Assembly: GCF_018977255.1 (NCBI RefSeq)
Contig: NW_024704742.1
Coordinates: forward strand, 107,944,001 to 108,008,000
Length of the DNA stretch: 64,000 nucleotides
DNA from: Callorhinchus milii
Lineage: Eukaryota
Direction of reading: 5' to 3'
Position 1 is the first letter of the stretch, and each line of letters opens with the position of its first letter. A model generated the notes under the pieces. The model was not told the DNA's origin. It made no database searches and saw nothing but the letters and a program-made list of their open reading frames with translations. Position numbers and translations under genes: made by a program. Positions 25,310 through 40,635 of this stretch are shown one piece after another.

Positions 25310-25530
25310 TTAAAGGTCATTGAAAACAATTAGATACCATTGGGAAATAATTGGAAATAAAAGGATTTGTGAGAATGTGGAATGCACTGCCTCGGAGGAT
25401 CATGGATACAGAATCGACTGGGATGTTTAAAAGGGAGATTGCTAGATACTTTAGAACTCACTGTACTAAAGGATTTGGGAAAAAGTCAGAGAAATGCATA
25501 ATGGAGCAACATATAAACACAACATAAATC
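25310..25530 (+). mobile_element. Diverged CR1 ORF2-end fragment
   Basis: gtgagaatgtggaatgcactgcct...tttaaaagggagattgctagatac reads as VRMWNALP...FKREIARY. Confidence 0.6.
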
Positions 25531-28500
25531 TGTGGTGCAATGGAGCTACAGTAGGGTGGCTTTTTACAGCCAGTCTGGGATTAGTGCAGTAAGCTTAGTG
25601 CATCTTCGACACATGGACAGTCACATACGCAATAGCTGAATACAGTATGAATGTCACAATCTTACTTGTGGTAAAACCATCCGTTTTACAATGAGAGCTG
25701 CCTCCAGAAGCAGGTTTGTATCAGTAGCAAATTCATAATGTAAAAGCAGCATAATAGGCTCACATGACCAACACATTCAGTGCCTTATCAGTCCTCCAGG
25801 ACATGAACAAACACTGTTAAGTACCAATGTTCAGCACCAACACCACTAACCACTTATACCCATTACATACAACAACTAGCTTCTGTGTTACATCAAACCC
25901 TAGTTCCGACAATGCATGCACCAAGGGCAACACACTATCAGCAAAGCTTTCAAAAGCTTGTCAATTGTAAACCAATCATTTCATCACATGAGGACAAAAT
26001 AAACAGCAACCTTTCCATTACAAGTACTGCAATCAGCCTTAAAACAATACGTCAAACAAACAATGATTTATCAGTTAAGCATTCAAATTCACCACATGTA
26101 TTTTAGCAGCCACAAAAGTGAAATGCAGATGGCTATTTTTACAAACTACCTCATAGATTTATAACTTCAACAGTTATATATTGCATGAACGAGTACAAAA
26201 CAAGCTGCCAAGTCCTGCTGTACACTACACCAATGCCAACGCTAAGAAATGTACTACACAGAATCTTTTCACTTTTCACACTGTTAGGTGAACGCTTTCA
26301 TTTGCAGAAAGGTTTGTGCAAACATTGTTGCAAAGCAAACACTTGAAAATTCATTAAATGTCCTTTGTGCAATTATAGCGTCTTTACAAAATGGCCAATT
26401 GTAAAACTGAAGTGACATCAAACTCAAAACAGGAGCCCTTCGTGTTTCAACACTTGTAATCTCCTGTTTAATTATGTCAGTGACTTAACAATACCCTCTA
26501 CCTTCACAACTTCCTCTGAAGGCTTTTGATTAGGAATCAACAGGGGCTTTGCCCTTAGCCCCTCCACCTGTTGATGACCACCGTCAAACTGCCTGCAGGA
26601 TTCAGTGGGTGAGAATGAGGAGCTGACATGTTTTTCCTCGGCCAGTTAAAGCTATCAGCCTGAACACTGTGAGCTGTTCAGGCCACACAGGCAGGAGGAA
26701 GAGTTACCCACACTGAAAGTTTTGGGCCACTTTGAATGAATTCCTCCCCAAAAATCTATCCCAACCGTGCGTGTTCTGCAGAATCATAAGAAAACAGAAC
26801 TCATCAATAAACGTTTCACAACATTTTACCAAATCACGCACTCCGTCAATCGACTCCAGAAAAGTCTGGACAAATGCAGCCACTCTGCAATTCCTATAGC
26901 TGCAGCATTTTTAAAAAAATGTAAGTCACTGAGAAACTGTAATTTAAAAACAAAACAAATAAGCTCTGAAAAGGCCTTCAGTGAAAACAGAGCGTGGCTC
27001 AATATCACTGCTTCCTTGATACAGTGCAGCCACAGGCAACACACCGTCAATACACTGCTTCAATTTACTGTACCGGTTGTTCTATCCTTATGTAGCGTTC
27101 GTATAAACACTTGACAGGTTCACTGCTGCACACTTTGAAATGGTGCCTTATGAAGTCGGGTCAATTATTTTAGAAATTGAATATACTCTATTGCTTATCA
27201 ACCACGTTTTATATTGAATTGGACACCTCACTGGCTTTCTATAAAACCTCACATTCACAATCCAACTGCAGGGAGGCTACAGGAAGCAAAATATAGGAAG
27301 AATATATCTATCGACTCCCTTCAAATATTCAGTAAAAATCAAATTAAAAATACACATATATATATGTAATGGCTACTTTTACCTCCTCCCTTGGAATTTA
27401 GATATACTTTATGCACTCTTGCCCACTTCAGTCATGCAGTGCTATCCGCTAGCAGTTAGTACAGTGCGCTCAGCCTGTGTCATCTATAAGCACTGTGAGA
27501 CTAGATCTTACTGGGAGTGTTGACTTTCCAGCCCTCAATGATAAACTGCCTACCCACTTTTACTGGGTGTATCTGCATATGAAGGAAATGGCTGCTGACA
27601 CGAGTGGCACAGTACTCCCTCCAGCAAGAGAATGAAGACCAAAAATCAAACCTGCAAGCTTCTCATCTGTATGGCTTACGGCTGTGTTAGATGGCGCATT
27701 TGCTCACTGGACCATTGACCGTTACCAGCCGAAAACCCCTTTTGAGTATCGCTCCTACTGAAATATGATTTTATTTATGAAATGCGATCGACCTTTACTT
27801 ATCTTGAGTTCCAGTTCGCTCACATCTGCCACCTGAGAATTTTAATTTGGGTTTGCGGTGTAAGAGAAAACTGAAGCTATTTAAACCAATGTGAGGAGGC
27901 ATCAAGAAAGTTGCTGAGGTGGAAGATTGTTGGATCTGGATAATCAGCTCAAAGAGAGAAAGCTGATATTGCTGAGCAGGTCACAAAGTCTTCCCAGCCA
28001 AGGTTGAGTAATATTTTCTTTTCAGGTTTATGACTTATCATCCTCCAGTTTCAATACAGAATACAGCTGCACAGGCACAGCTGTTCTTAGCTTGGTTTTG
28101 TTTCTCGGAAGTGGGAGGTAGACATTATTGAATACTCTAGTTTGAAGTGTTAAGGGTATACGCACAGTCTTAAAGAGGATAGTTGTGCTTACCCCCATTA
28201 TTCCCAGGGGCTTGTAGAAAATCAATCAAATTTAAATGAAAAAATCTCCAACTGCCTGATTTGCTGCACTCCAAAGAGTTCTACAGATTGCTTGACTTGC
28301 TGAGGATGGTCTATCCAATGCGACAGCCCATCTTTTGCAACATCAGAGAGCTGTGGGTGAGCTGTCGTCCTTCTGCAAGATTATGAGTGTTTGCAGCAGA
28401 ACAGCACAAGAGGTGATAATTCTCAAATCAGATTTTCATTTTTTTAATGTCAGGAACAAAAGAGAGTATGCTACGTTGTGTATTAAAACATCTGCTTTCT

Positions 28501-29479
28501 GTATTATAACATCTCTGTTTTAATAGACACAGATAGGGTCTCGAGTTCATGGTCGAGGCTGACACTGCATTCAGTACTGGGGAGTGTTGCATTTTCTTTC
28601 AGATGAGACATTAAACCAAGGATATAGCTTGCATGTTCTTCACAGGGACATTGAAGATTGCAGGTCTCTATTCAGAAAGAGATTGTTGACTGTATCCTGG
28701 TCAACAATCCTCCATGAAAACAATATTAACAATTAAAAGTACAGAAAAACCCAATTAAAGAACGTTAAGAGGGATTATTGTAAAGGTAATTGGATAGGTG
28801 GAAGTAAACAATCATTGAAATGTTTTGCACATTGAAAAAGTATCAAGCACTTCCAGATTTGTTTCCCCATCACCACGTTTACCCATCACCATGCAGAGGA
28901 AATCGTCCTGTACACAGCTCCAATAAGATGCTTTAATCAAACAGAACTCGTCTTGTGTCCAGTTATGCTTATGAATGAGATTGCCAATTTAATATTGATT
29001 TATAAGCAATTTTGTCCTGTGAACTTGGATCCACTCAGAGCTGGATGGAGACTAGTTGAACCTTTATGACCTTTACAGCTGTTAGAGAGATAAGACAATC
29101 ATTACCATCAGTTTGGTCTGCATTCAATTCCAAATCTCGGGATGAAAATAATCTATGCCACCAGTCCTTTCTTTGTCCTTCAGGATCCCACTTTCAATGA
29201 CCTAAAACGCAGTGAATTTGTGCAGTGATTAAAATTTAGATAAACAGAAGTGGTGTAGTGTACTGTAGCTTTATAGAATAAACCAGTTGTCAGTGAATCC
29301 AATCAGTCTTAAACATTAGGACAAAGGTCAAGACTAGCAAGCGAAGTTGAGAACTAGAGCTCGTTCAACAAACTAACACACACTTAAAGATTTCATGTTA
29401 TATTCTCTGCTATTCTCAATGCATTATGAGTAAACCATCAATTTACTCTTCACTTTTGCTGCAATTCTTTCGGTTGAAA

Positions 29480-30070
29480 CATTAACCAAGGTCCATCTGC
29501 CTGTTTAGGTGATCGTTAAAAGATCTCATAATAATAATAATAATCCTTGCATTTGATATAGCGCTTTTCATGTTGGGAGGACATCCCAAAGCGCTTCACA
29601 GAAGACACTGTAAGGTGAATTGACTGTATATTTGTGGGCGAATTCGGCAGTCAATTGCGTACAGCAATGTCCCACAGACAGTCGTAGATTGAAAATGACC
29701 AATTTATTATTGTTTTTGGTTTTGGAGGGATTATTATTAGGCTCTGTGTGGAGTAAGGAAACTTGCCCAAGGTTTCGCCCTCTGCCTGGAATTGAACTCA
29801 GGTCTCTCACTTGCAAAGCGAGTGCTCTAACCACTGAGCTACAGGACTCCACGATACTATTCAAAAAGAGAATGGAGTTTCTCTCTGTATCCTGGCCGAC
29901 AATCTTATAGATAAAATTGGTCATTCACTTCATGGCCGTTTGTATGTCATTGCTGTGCACAAATTGACTGCTGTTTTCACCTACAGTCACTACACTTTAC
30001 ACTAATTCTTAAGTGCTTTGAGATGTTCTCCTGATGTGAAAGGAACCATAATGAAAGCAAGGACTATTAT
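29480..30070 (+). mobile_element. DeuSINE-like copy split by a younger SINE
   Basis: Deu-like core on both sides of 29528-29852, followed by the shared tail. Confidence 0.7.
29528..29852 (-). mobile_element. SINE subfamily B nested in a DeuSINE-like copy
   Basis: Full-length copy whose flanks join as aaagatctcat...gatactattcaaaaagag. Confidence 0.92.
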
Positions 30071-30145
30071 TTATTTTAATTTAATTTGTCCATACAGTAG
30101 AAAGCTGATATCCTGTATTTCTACTAGATTTCTGTAACCAGCATT

Positions 30146-30905
30146 AGAATCATGGAAACTTACAGCACAGAAAAAAGCCATTCAACTCATTGTGTCTGAT
30201 GGCTCTATAAGAGCATTCCTTTTAGTTCCATTTACTTCCCCTTTCCATAAATGCAGTTTGCTCCTTTTCAGATATTTACCTGGTTTCCTTTTGAAACTTA
30301 ATATGGATTCTGCCTCAGACATTGCTCCCCTCAAGGCATTCTAAACTCTAACTACTCTGCTTGAAGAAAATTCCCATAATGTATCCAATTGATCATTTGC
30401 TAACTATCTAAAATTGATGCTCTCTAGTCAGTGGCATTGCACTAGACTTCTCTGAATTCTGGCCTTAAAAATACTGTCTCAGACTCAGTACAGTGGTACC
30501 AGTGTGAATAAGGCCAATTGAAAGTTTCATAGCAATCTCTCATTGCGCCCTATACAATTTGATTTTGGGCAGGATGGCAATTTATTGTTCTCATGGGGAC
30601 CTCGCTACAAAAATATTCTCATCTTACTATGAAACGATTTACATGAATACCACCACAGCACAGAATGCATACCATGCACAATAGTCATAGAAACTACAGC
30701 ATAGAAGAAAGCTATATGGCCCATTGAGCATAGGCTGGTGCTAGGTCATCCACTGGAGCCAAATGCTCTGATCCCAATTCCCACCTCTTTCTGCAAATCA
30801 TTTTATATTTTTCCTATTCAAATGTTTATTCAACACCTTTTTCAAGTTGTTCATGGTTTCAGCCTCCAAAGCCGCTATTAGCAAAGCATTCCATCTTCTA
30901 ATACA
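30146..30905 (-). mobile_element. Two diverged CR1 3' fragments (about 30146-30430 and 30684-30905)
   Basis: Termini tagaatcatggaaacttacagcacag and tagtcatagaaactacagcatag. The second translates as WNALLIAALEAETMNNLKKVLNKHL, typical of the CR1 ORF2 end. Confidence 0.65.
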
Positions 30906-31189
30906 ATCCCAGGATACCATTTTCAGTGGCCTACATAAATGCCCAGACTTCAATGAACGTACTCTGGGAGATTCAGCACCTGGAGGCAGTATTGTGCCAA
31001 AAGTGTAGGATAACAGCATCATAAGTGAGAGAGAATAAAACAGCAGGGACTAATAGGATACTGAGCATCCCTTGTCCCTGACCTCAGAACAGAATCTGGA
31101 GGGCTGGGGAAAAGAAATATATGCCCCATAACAAGATAACAAAACCACAACAATCAAAATGGAACAAGAAGGCTGCAGTTACAGTTACA

Positions 31190-31600
31190 ATAATGATACA
31201 AATTTTACATTTATATAGTGCTTTTCACTTCGGGAGGACGTCCCAAGGCACTTAACAATACTGGCTTGGCACCCAAGCTGGTGATGGCACCTGATGGAGG
31301 TGGGGAGGGGAAAGAGGTAGGTCTTCAGATGTATCTTCAATGAATAAGTGAGGGAAGCAGTGAGTCAGTGGGATTCCAGGTTGGATTCCAGGTAACAAAA
31401 AGGCTGAAAGCCTGCCTGCCGATGGTGCAGTACACAGGGTGGGAGTGGGGCGGTGGGGGGTCATTGCTTCAGCTGAGAGAAGGGAGTGGCTCGGTCAGTA
31501 AGATTTGAAGAGGATACAGAGGTAGGGTTAGGTAACTGGAGGGTTTTGAAGGGGAAGATGGGGATCTTGATCTTAATCTCCTGAGGGATGCGGTGTTGTG
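31190..31600 (-). mobile_element. Older L2 3' fragment
   Basis: Contains ttttcacttcgggaggacgtcccaaggcac followed by diverged purine-rich ORF2-end sequence. Confidence 0.7.
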
Positions 31601-34600
31601 AAAATATGATGAAAGTTTCCAATAAAAACAGGTGTAGATCAAGAAATTAGAAGTAAACTGTACAGCAGTCTTTGCTTCCCACTGGATGAATAGGAATAGC
31701 GTCAAATAAAATATTCTACCAGCTTGCAATTATCATTAAATGGGCAATTATTTGTCCCACATTTACATTAATGTCTGAGTGCTGAAAATGTTGCCTAATT
31801 GCTGTCGTAGTAATTAGCAGATGGTCAATTACATTAATTTGCTGCTTTATTAAAACAATTTCTAGCTCGCAAGCAAGACAGTCTATTTATAAAAACACCC
31901 AGCAAGTTTCAAAGTTGGCAGCAAATACACAAACATTACATCATCCTTTGAGAGATTGAAGTTTGTGATTGTCACAATTCTCCAAAGAAACAGTCCTGTA
32001 AAGTTTGCGTCAGACTTGCATTTGTATCACCTTTCAACAGCAGAACAAAAGAGGTAGGAATAAAGTCATCATTGTTTTTGGAGAAAAAAAATTGCTTTTT
32101 ACACGACCTGCCTTGATTTAAAAAAAAGCACCAATCATTATACCCTTGTATTCTGGAAAGGTTTCACCACAAAAAAACACTATAGGGCCATAGTAAATAT
32201 TTCATTTAATTGCTCTAATGCCCATTGTTATGGTAACAGTTAAGGTTATTCTAAGGTACTGCTGTAATTGTGCTGTCCGACAGCCTGACCAAGCTTTCTC
32301 TAAAATTAATTTGGCAGCCAACTGGAACACTGGCAAGCACAGCACACCCTTACTTGAATAAATCTAACTTGTATTGTTGGTGAGGGTGACGTGTCAAGTG
32401 AGTGGCAACAGTAGCCATGAGGTGAAGTTCAGCACAGGATTTCTGCTCAGTTTCCACCCGACAAGTCAATTGTCCTATATGTGTTTCATTTGTACTGATA
32501 TAATAGAAACTATTAAATTCTTCTGGGGTCAAGCTTAAATCTCATAAGGAATTGTTTTATCTAACAAAAATTGGCCTGTATTCACTCAATCCTTCATGGA
32601 TGTTTAAGATCATCATAGAGACCTTGTACTCTGAGATCTTGAGTTTATGAGAGGTTTAAGCAGGTTGTAGAATGAGATCCTGCAAAATGAAGACCAGTTG
32701 CAGTGACGTTTATGCTCAGTGAGAAATGTTGCTGCCACACAGCTCCAATTGCCCATTACGCTGTACATATATTTTAGTTTCGCATTTGTCAGCATGCCTG
32801 CATCGTCTTTCACGATAGGGCTATACATGGGCACAGTTTCTACCGCTGCTGGCAATGCGTGGCTAGACATAATATAAAGGTTTGTGGAATGGAGACTGGT
32901 GCTGTACTCAATCCCTTGGATACACATTCACAATCCACATTCTGAAGTCTCTGAAGTTTGGCTTCAGTAAAAATGAAGAGGTTCAGATCCAGATTCAGCA
33001 GTTCCTGTATGTTGCTTTTCTGAAGTTAATATTTCAGCCAAATGATGGCCCCCGCAATCCCCCAAATAAATCAGTGAATCATCCAAAGCCTCAAACGTTT
33101 ATTGGGATTGCATATGAACTAAGATTTGGCACTATGTAAGTTTTCCAACTTTTGTGTCAGGTCACCGATGATTCAAAGAATGCACATCTAAATCCAAAAT
33201 TTTTTTTAAGCATATAAGTCACAATATCTGGTCATTTTAATGAAGTGAGATACTGATGTGATCATAGTAACTGCACTAAGATTAGACAGCTAGCAAAGGA
33301 TTCACAACACATCCAAGGACAATGTGAAGCACAACTCTGTGAAATCTTGCCTCAGCTCTGCTTACTCTTAAAGCCTGTCAGAAAGGAAAGCATGTGTACT
33401 CAAACCTTCACTGACCATTAATACCTTGCCATACTTATCATAGTTGCTGCTAATCTTGGTTTGTTAATGCAGAGTAGACCCGAGATACTGCAATGTACCA
33501 GGGTACCTGGTCCAATTTCTGGAATTACTTGTATATTTTTAAAAAATTGTCTTCAACACTCAATTCCCTTTGCTTCCTCCCCCCCTTTTCCAACTCGTAG
33601 AATTGAGGTACCAAGGAAAGGGTTACAATTATAATATTACACATTTTTTCTTGACCACCAATCATCTGTTCTGTCACTACATAAGTTATTGTAGCCTATA
33701 AATCTATATTGGGCCCAAGCACACTACATGTGGTTGGTGTTATCTCTTTCACCTGACATGATTGCTGCCAGATCCATCTGTAATGGCCATGAATAATTGG
33801 GTTATTTATGGGTTCAGCTAAAGGTCATTTGAGCGGCGAAAACAAATTGATTGGCTTTTGGGCAAATGATGTAATGACGATGAAAGAGATACAACATTAT
33901 AACTGGAGCAGTAATAAATGATATGTTCTTAACTCTTACGAGGCATGCAGTTGATTTGAATTATGAGGCTCTGGTGAGTCCTGCAGTATAAATTGATCAA
34001 ACTCCTTACAACCAACCACTTTGCTTATTACTGCTCCCCAATCATATTATAAGAGATACAATTCCTTTCCATATTTGTCACAGACAATATACTCATCCTA
34101 CACTGCATTAATAAGGCTTCTGGAGAAATAATCGAAGTCCGCAAAGGAAATAAGGCAAGCGTCTTTCAAAAAACCTGCTTCAAGTGAAAACAGCCAGAAT
34201 CAATGTGTCATTTGTATCCCTTTGCCATCAGATACAAGTGATATGATGTTGTTGATGGTGCAATTTGAACATAACTACATCTTCATTTTATAGCATTCAA
34301 CAAACACAACTTTGCCAAGCCAGACAAAAGGTCGATAATTAGCGACCTGCACATCTGACTCCAGTGTCTCCAATCATTTTAGATTAATTGAAGTCATAGT
34401 AACACAGAAGTCTATGCAAGATTGTAGGTTTTCTGTGATTTAAATTGTCTCATTCTAAATGCCAAGCAGGTAGCAAGAAAAAATCATGTAGATTTGTCAA
34501 TAAAGCAGCAGCCCATAACCTGAGACCAGACCAAATTGAGTTACCTCCTGCACCCAATATTAGGTCGGGGTTTCATTCACTTGTTCCTTTATTTAATGGA

Positions 34601-35254
34601 TACATCAATGTAATGCTCGTTGGTATCAAGTAATGTTGGAGCAGTCCATTGTTCAGGAAAGGCTAGTCAATCAGAGAACTAAAAGTACAGAATAGCACAA
34701 AAGCATAAACGTACATGAACAATTAAATCACCCTATTGTATCTGTTCACTCTCGGTATTGACAACGAACTGCACCTTAGAAAAAGTACTGATCCAGATAA
34801 CTAGTAGTGCTCAAGAATATTCAGAGTAGGTCTTCAAGGCCTCAGAAATAAATCATGTCTCAGGAGATACTCTAAATAAACTCAACTCAAATGGTTAATT
34901 GGGCTCAAATGAGATTTCAACTGTTTATGGCAAATGGCTACATGGTATTTGGTTTTGGTGCTAATGCATCATCTGAAAATTTCTAGATCATGGGGAACTG
35001 GACAGTGTGGTAGAACAGTGCAAAAACTCACCACTTTCCACGTTCTGTGTCTGTGAAAGGAGAAATTAAAACCAGGCCAGTGTCAACACTCTTTTGATGT
35101 ATTCCATATGAGTGGGTGGAGAGGAGGGGGGGTGGGGGAGTTATGCTACACGAGGGATTTGTCAATGATGGTCCTACTGCTCTCGGATGTCGACTTGCAG
35201 TGAGAAAGAGACAGTCTCCTCAGGAGAAACAGTGCGTGCAGAGGTACAGCTATC

Positions 35255-35650
35255 ACTGCCTGATCACATCGCTGAAATGTCTCAAAGCTCTTCACATAAT
35301 TTGATTGTAAAATGAAGTAACTGTGTACTTTGCAGGTGAACGCAGCAGACAGTTGGTGCACAGCAATGGCCCACAAACAGCCGTAGAGTGAAGTACCAAG
35401 TTTACCTGTTTGTAGATCATTGGCCAGGTCACCAGGAGAAACTTCCTTCTGTTTTTCAATAGTGCCATAAGATCTTTAACATCCACCTGAACATGCATGG
35501 GACCTCCATTTAACTTCCCATCTGAAGGACTGCATCTTTGACCATGCAGCACTCCCCCAGCACTGAACTGGAGTGTGGGCATAAAGCTCGAAGGGCTTGC
35601 ACCCACAACTTTCCAACTCAGAGGCGAGAGTTCTACAAACTGAGCCAGGA
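35255..35650 (-). mobile_element. DeuSINE-like element
   Basis: Core gatctttaacatccacctgaac, with head and tail remnants. Confidence 0.7.
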
Positions 35651-37589
35651 TGATACTCCATAGAATGCAATAGCAGAAACAGTTCAGCCATCAAGTCAGA
35701 CACCTTTTCGCTGGTGCTGGGTGAGGCCAGTGACGAAAGAGTATAGGTGGAACTTTCACATTAATTTCCCAATGGGTCATTACCGAAATGGGGGAAGGGG
35801 AACAGTCGATACTCAAGTGTCATTGCCACCACATGAACATTGATCACAGGGCAGTCAGACACACAATATAATCACAACAACAGGTACTTCAGACTTAATT
35901 ATGAGTATTATATGTATATTTACTCTTATATACTCTACCAAATTTCAGAAACTTCGACAAACACCAGAAAATTATCTTATCAGGAGATAAGCTAAATTCT
36001 ACATCATAAATATACAATACACCCGCAAAAGTGTGATAGTTACTCCTGCGATAGAGTAACTGCTGAAGGCACAGTCGATCTTTTGTATTCTTACCAGGGC
36101 TGGATTTCATAATCATCAAAACAAATCTACACTCCCATCTTGCACCTGTCTCTGATCTCTTCCAACAAAGCTAAAGTGTAATCCTTTTGATTTGTCTTGT
36201 AAAGAAAAATTACGTTGCAGCCACGAAGATCCCTTCTGAACCCTGACCTATATTGAAAAAACACTTTCAAGTTTAATAAAGAGCTCATCGTTTTCATTAT
36301 CAGATGACATATACAATGACTCAATATTGTACTGTATATCACTAAACAAATTCAACTTTACAAATGCACAATTAACTCGAGTGAAGAATTGTGATTCAGT
36401 TTCTTAGGTGTCTTCTCTGTCCCAGTTTCACAAGTTACTTTTCTTTGCAGAGGAATTTACTAATTATGATTTTGTTATAGAATCATATTATCAGAAATGT
36501 TAGCACAAAAAGACAACAGTGACAACCTGTGTCGTACTAACTCCTCACTGAAGCCAACTACAGTGGAGTCCTGGTATAATGTAATGTTAAAAATCAATAA
36601 AATCCTAGACTATCTCCAAGACTTTATCCTACTTGAGGGGTGCTATGTAAATGCAAGTTTTATTATTCCAATCTTAATTATTATTCTGCATTAAAGATAT
36701 GAATAGAAGTTCCACCTGGGCCTTGTTTTTTTACTTTATTAACGCTGCATTTTAGAGCATCCAGAATTTGTCAAATTCTTTAATATAGCTTTTAATTTTG
36801 AAGCTGGTTTTCTGTGTAAGTTATTTTAAGAGCTAAGAGAAAATGGGCTTCAAAGTTAGAACTGAAGTCAGCAATCTGGCAAATGCTGCATACTGTTAAA
36901 GTGCTACGTTAATAGAGAAAAGCTATGCCCCGGTGGAATTTCTATTCAATAGTGCTTCCACTGAAAAGAAAGCCACAGACAAAATGGAAAATACAGTACT
37001 TGCAGTAAGGACACATGGTGTAACATTCACTGTAAAACAAATTGCTCTCTGAAGATAAATAACATTCATCCCTTTGTTGGTGTCCAGCCAAACAGACCCG
37101 AGCTCACTTCCGTAACAGTCTCATTTCCACTCATTAAGCAAAAACAAAAAAAATCACAACTCCATTGAGATTACAGACTGCTTCTAACAATCACTGGTGT
37201 CTCTAGAAGCACAGTATTTCAAGACTAATGAACACAATTCAGACAGCTTTGGTTAGAGATAGACTGGTAACAACACAATGCAAGATCCAGTATAGCTTTT
37301 GAACATACCAAGAGCAGCTCTGCACTAGCAGTCCAAGGGAAAGATGCAGGTCCACTGACAAACACTGCAATATTTGTTATGCAACACCGTGAGCAGCAAT
37401 AAGACTATGGCAAACTGATTGAGCATCACATCTTTACACTTCTTTAATCCGGGTTAAAACCTAGCTCAGAATGATACAATGAATGTCTATTCCCCTCCCT
37501 CTCTCTCTCTCTTTCTGTTCAAGACTATGTGGTTATGAGTTTTGAAAGTATTATCCATCTTATTGTGGGCTCTAAAGTTAAAATAACTC

Positions 37590-37725
37590 CTAGAATCATA
37601 GAATATTATAGCACAGGAGGCCATTTGGTCCTTCATGCATGTGCTACCTCGTTGGAAGAGCTACCCAATCAGTCCCATTCCCCCACTCTTTTCCCATACA
37701 CATGCATATTTTTCCTTTTCAAGTA
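37590..37725 (-). mobile_element. CR1-clade LINE 3' end
   Basis: tagaatcatagaatattatagcacaggaggccatt is the reverse complement of the CR1 terminus. Confidence 0.75.
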
Positions 37726-40455
37726 AATTGGTAAGATATTCAGAAAAGCCAATGTATGGCCGGTGCGGGAATAGACAATGTCACAATGGTGCATTGATGC
37801 GTCCTTTTCTAAGGTCGGGGTTCAGGCAAATTGATATCACAGCAGGAGATCCATCTTTATCTTGCCACACTTGTCCTTTAATTGACCTTGTAATTGCTCG
37901 ATGTTGACACTGAGTGACTAAAATGGAGAAAGTGCTCCAATCATCAGCAAAATCATTCCTCAGCTTGATGAGCATGAAACCACTCACTAATTTAACAAAA
38001 GAGGATCTATTGATTAAGTGAATGCTGTGGATGTTGATGAGGTGACATATTGAAGATATTTTCAAAAAGGAAGGCAGATAGTATTAAAGGAAAGTGACAG
38101 CTTAGACAGAGAAATGGCCAAAAGGCGGGAAGTAAAATAATACTAGCAAGTGCTCAGGATTACCTGGAACAAGTGATTAAATTACAACCTCCCTCTATGT
38201 ACAGCCACCTCGTTGCCTCTCAGAATAACTGGCATTCTTGTATTTACCCACGTAAACATTGGAGTCCAATTAGCAATAAATGTCAAATTTATAGATAGCA
38301 AATCCTGCAGGTACCTGAATGTGTTTGTCTGGAACACCACTTGAAAGCTGATCTGAGCTTTGACTTGTGGATCGTGGCCAAAGGATGACTCTGGAAGCAG
38401 GGAGGAGATCAGTGTTTGAGCAGAGTTCCAGATCTGCTATTTAGAAACCCATTTGTAAGTAACGTAGATTAGTCCCTAGTGTCAATGTAAATAAACATTC
38501 AATACCACTTGCTGAGTAAAGTAAAATATTTTGTTGATGTGAAAAACTACTGTAATGTACATACTCCACGCTTTGGGGCGTACTCCCGATGTGAAAGGTG
38601 CTATACAAATATAATTTGTTGTTGTTGATGTACAGAAGGATGAGGTGAATGTGTCAGAGGAATCTTTAGGTAAGTTTGGTGGTTTAGGTAGATAGATGAA
38701 TCATTGGTCCAACACCTGCCTATTACTATTATTAGAATTCTAGTGAAGAGGTTTTTCTTCCAGAGGATACATGTTGGGCTACAAAATGCGAAACTAAAAA
38801 TGTGATTTAATGGTAAATTGTCACCTTTTATTTTAGAGAAATCACTTATTTAAAACTACATTATAGGACTGTTAAACATTGTAGTTACTGGCTGTTCGAG
38901 AAATGTATTTAAACAATGGAACACTGAAAGCCACCCAGATGACAGGATAATATCAGACTTCATTTGCGATAGCCATAATCAGAAACAATGAACTCAAATG
39001 TCAGTACTTGGACTAGCTTCTAACTACACCTCCTGGCTGCTTTTATTGCTAGTGGATGATTTGAATGCTAACATAAACCTAGCATACCTCTTCATGAAAG
39101 GAGTCCAGTGTCTGAGGAGAAAAAACGGGGCTTGTAAAAGTTTTGAGTCCCACCTAATATTGCACTTTAAGTTATGGAGGTAGGAAAACTGAAGGTGTCT
39201 AGAGACATATGGACTAACCCAGAAACAACTCCCAGTATATCCATCTGGATCTGGTGAGAGGAAGCCACAAGGGAGTTTATTTCTTTTTACAAATATATTT
39301 TATTAATATTTGCCAGGTGTACATAAATGTTTGAAGCACATTGCACTTCATTCACACAGCATTTTGCAAGGCCATGCACTGCATGCCATAGGGAATATCA
39401 GAGAGTTGTGCATACTTAAAGGACATCACACGCTGGTGACACTCAATCTGCCTCTGGCAGGGATCAAGGTCAGAGAGGTAATAAAGTGCGTGTGGTTGGA
39501 GGAATTCTCAGGGAAAGGATGGGAGAACATCTTTGTGTTTGAGCGTGTGAATGTATGTGTGTGCATGGTGTTCCTTTGATAAACAAATGTTTGGAGCTCA
39601 GTGTCAGGCATGGTTACAATTTCCTTCCTGTCTTCCATTTCAGATGTGCCTCACTTACTGAAGCCCGTGGAAGAAGCTATATACAGTAATGTGGTCTGGT
39701 ACTCACTCTCCCTGTACCAACTGAAGCCCATGCAATGGCAAATGAGAGGATTATTTTGAGTCTAATATGCAAACAACATGAGAGTGGGTAAATGCTGTTT
39801 GTGATGCAATGTGCAGCCAGATTGCTTCCATTTAAAATATTTTTTTTTGCAAAGACTTATTACAATATTGTACAGGAAATTAACAAGATACCGTAAACCA
39901 ACACATCTACGGTTTGTTGCATCACCATTCACCATTTGTCAAAATAGGAAAATATAACCTACAAAACAGGGGTATTATAAAAAGGTCTTTCCAACAACAT
40001 GTGCTAGAGAGGCTAATCTGTGGACCTCGGGTGAGGAAAGGCCCTTGGGTGTGATACTCTCCTGTGATCGATCAGCTTGTCAACGGTCAATGGATGTCTA
40101 TTATACACCATGTGCAAACACAGCTGTATTACACACCATGTGTAAACTCGTGTACATAGAAATTACAAGTGCTCCTAATCATGTAAATAACCACCGTTAT
40201 TAATTACATAATTGAGTTCACACCTGGGTTGATACATGACAGACTCTCCCACGTACACAATGGCCATTTCGGGGAGTTAGCCATTCACATTGAACTGCAG
40301 CCACAATAGAAAGACAAAAAGGCTGAAAACACCTTCAGAAGAGAAGACAAATAGACTTTCTATATTAATGTTGCTTATGTACCAACGGTCAATGAACCAC
40401 AGAAACGGAAAATAGCATCACAACAACTACATAAATCCACCTCTTCCACGGGTAC

Positions 40456-40635
40456 AATAATAATAATAATCCTTGCAGTTGACAGAGTGCCTTATCACGT
40501 CTTCGAAACATCTCAAAACGCTTCACACATACACTGTAAAGTGAATTGACTGTATATTTTGTGGGTGAAATGCGGCAGCCAATTGCACACAACAGTGTCC
40601 CACAAATAGTCATGGATTGAGTGACCAATTTGTTA
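40456..40635 (-). mobile_element. SINE 3' half
   Basis: Matches the 3' half of subfamily A. Confidence 0.85.
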
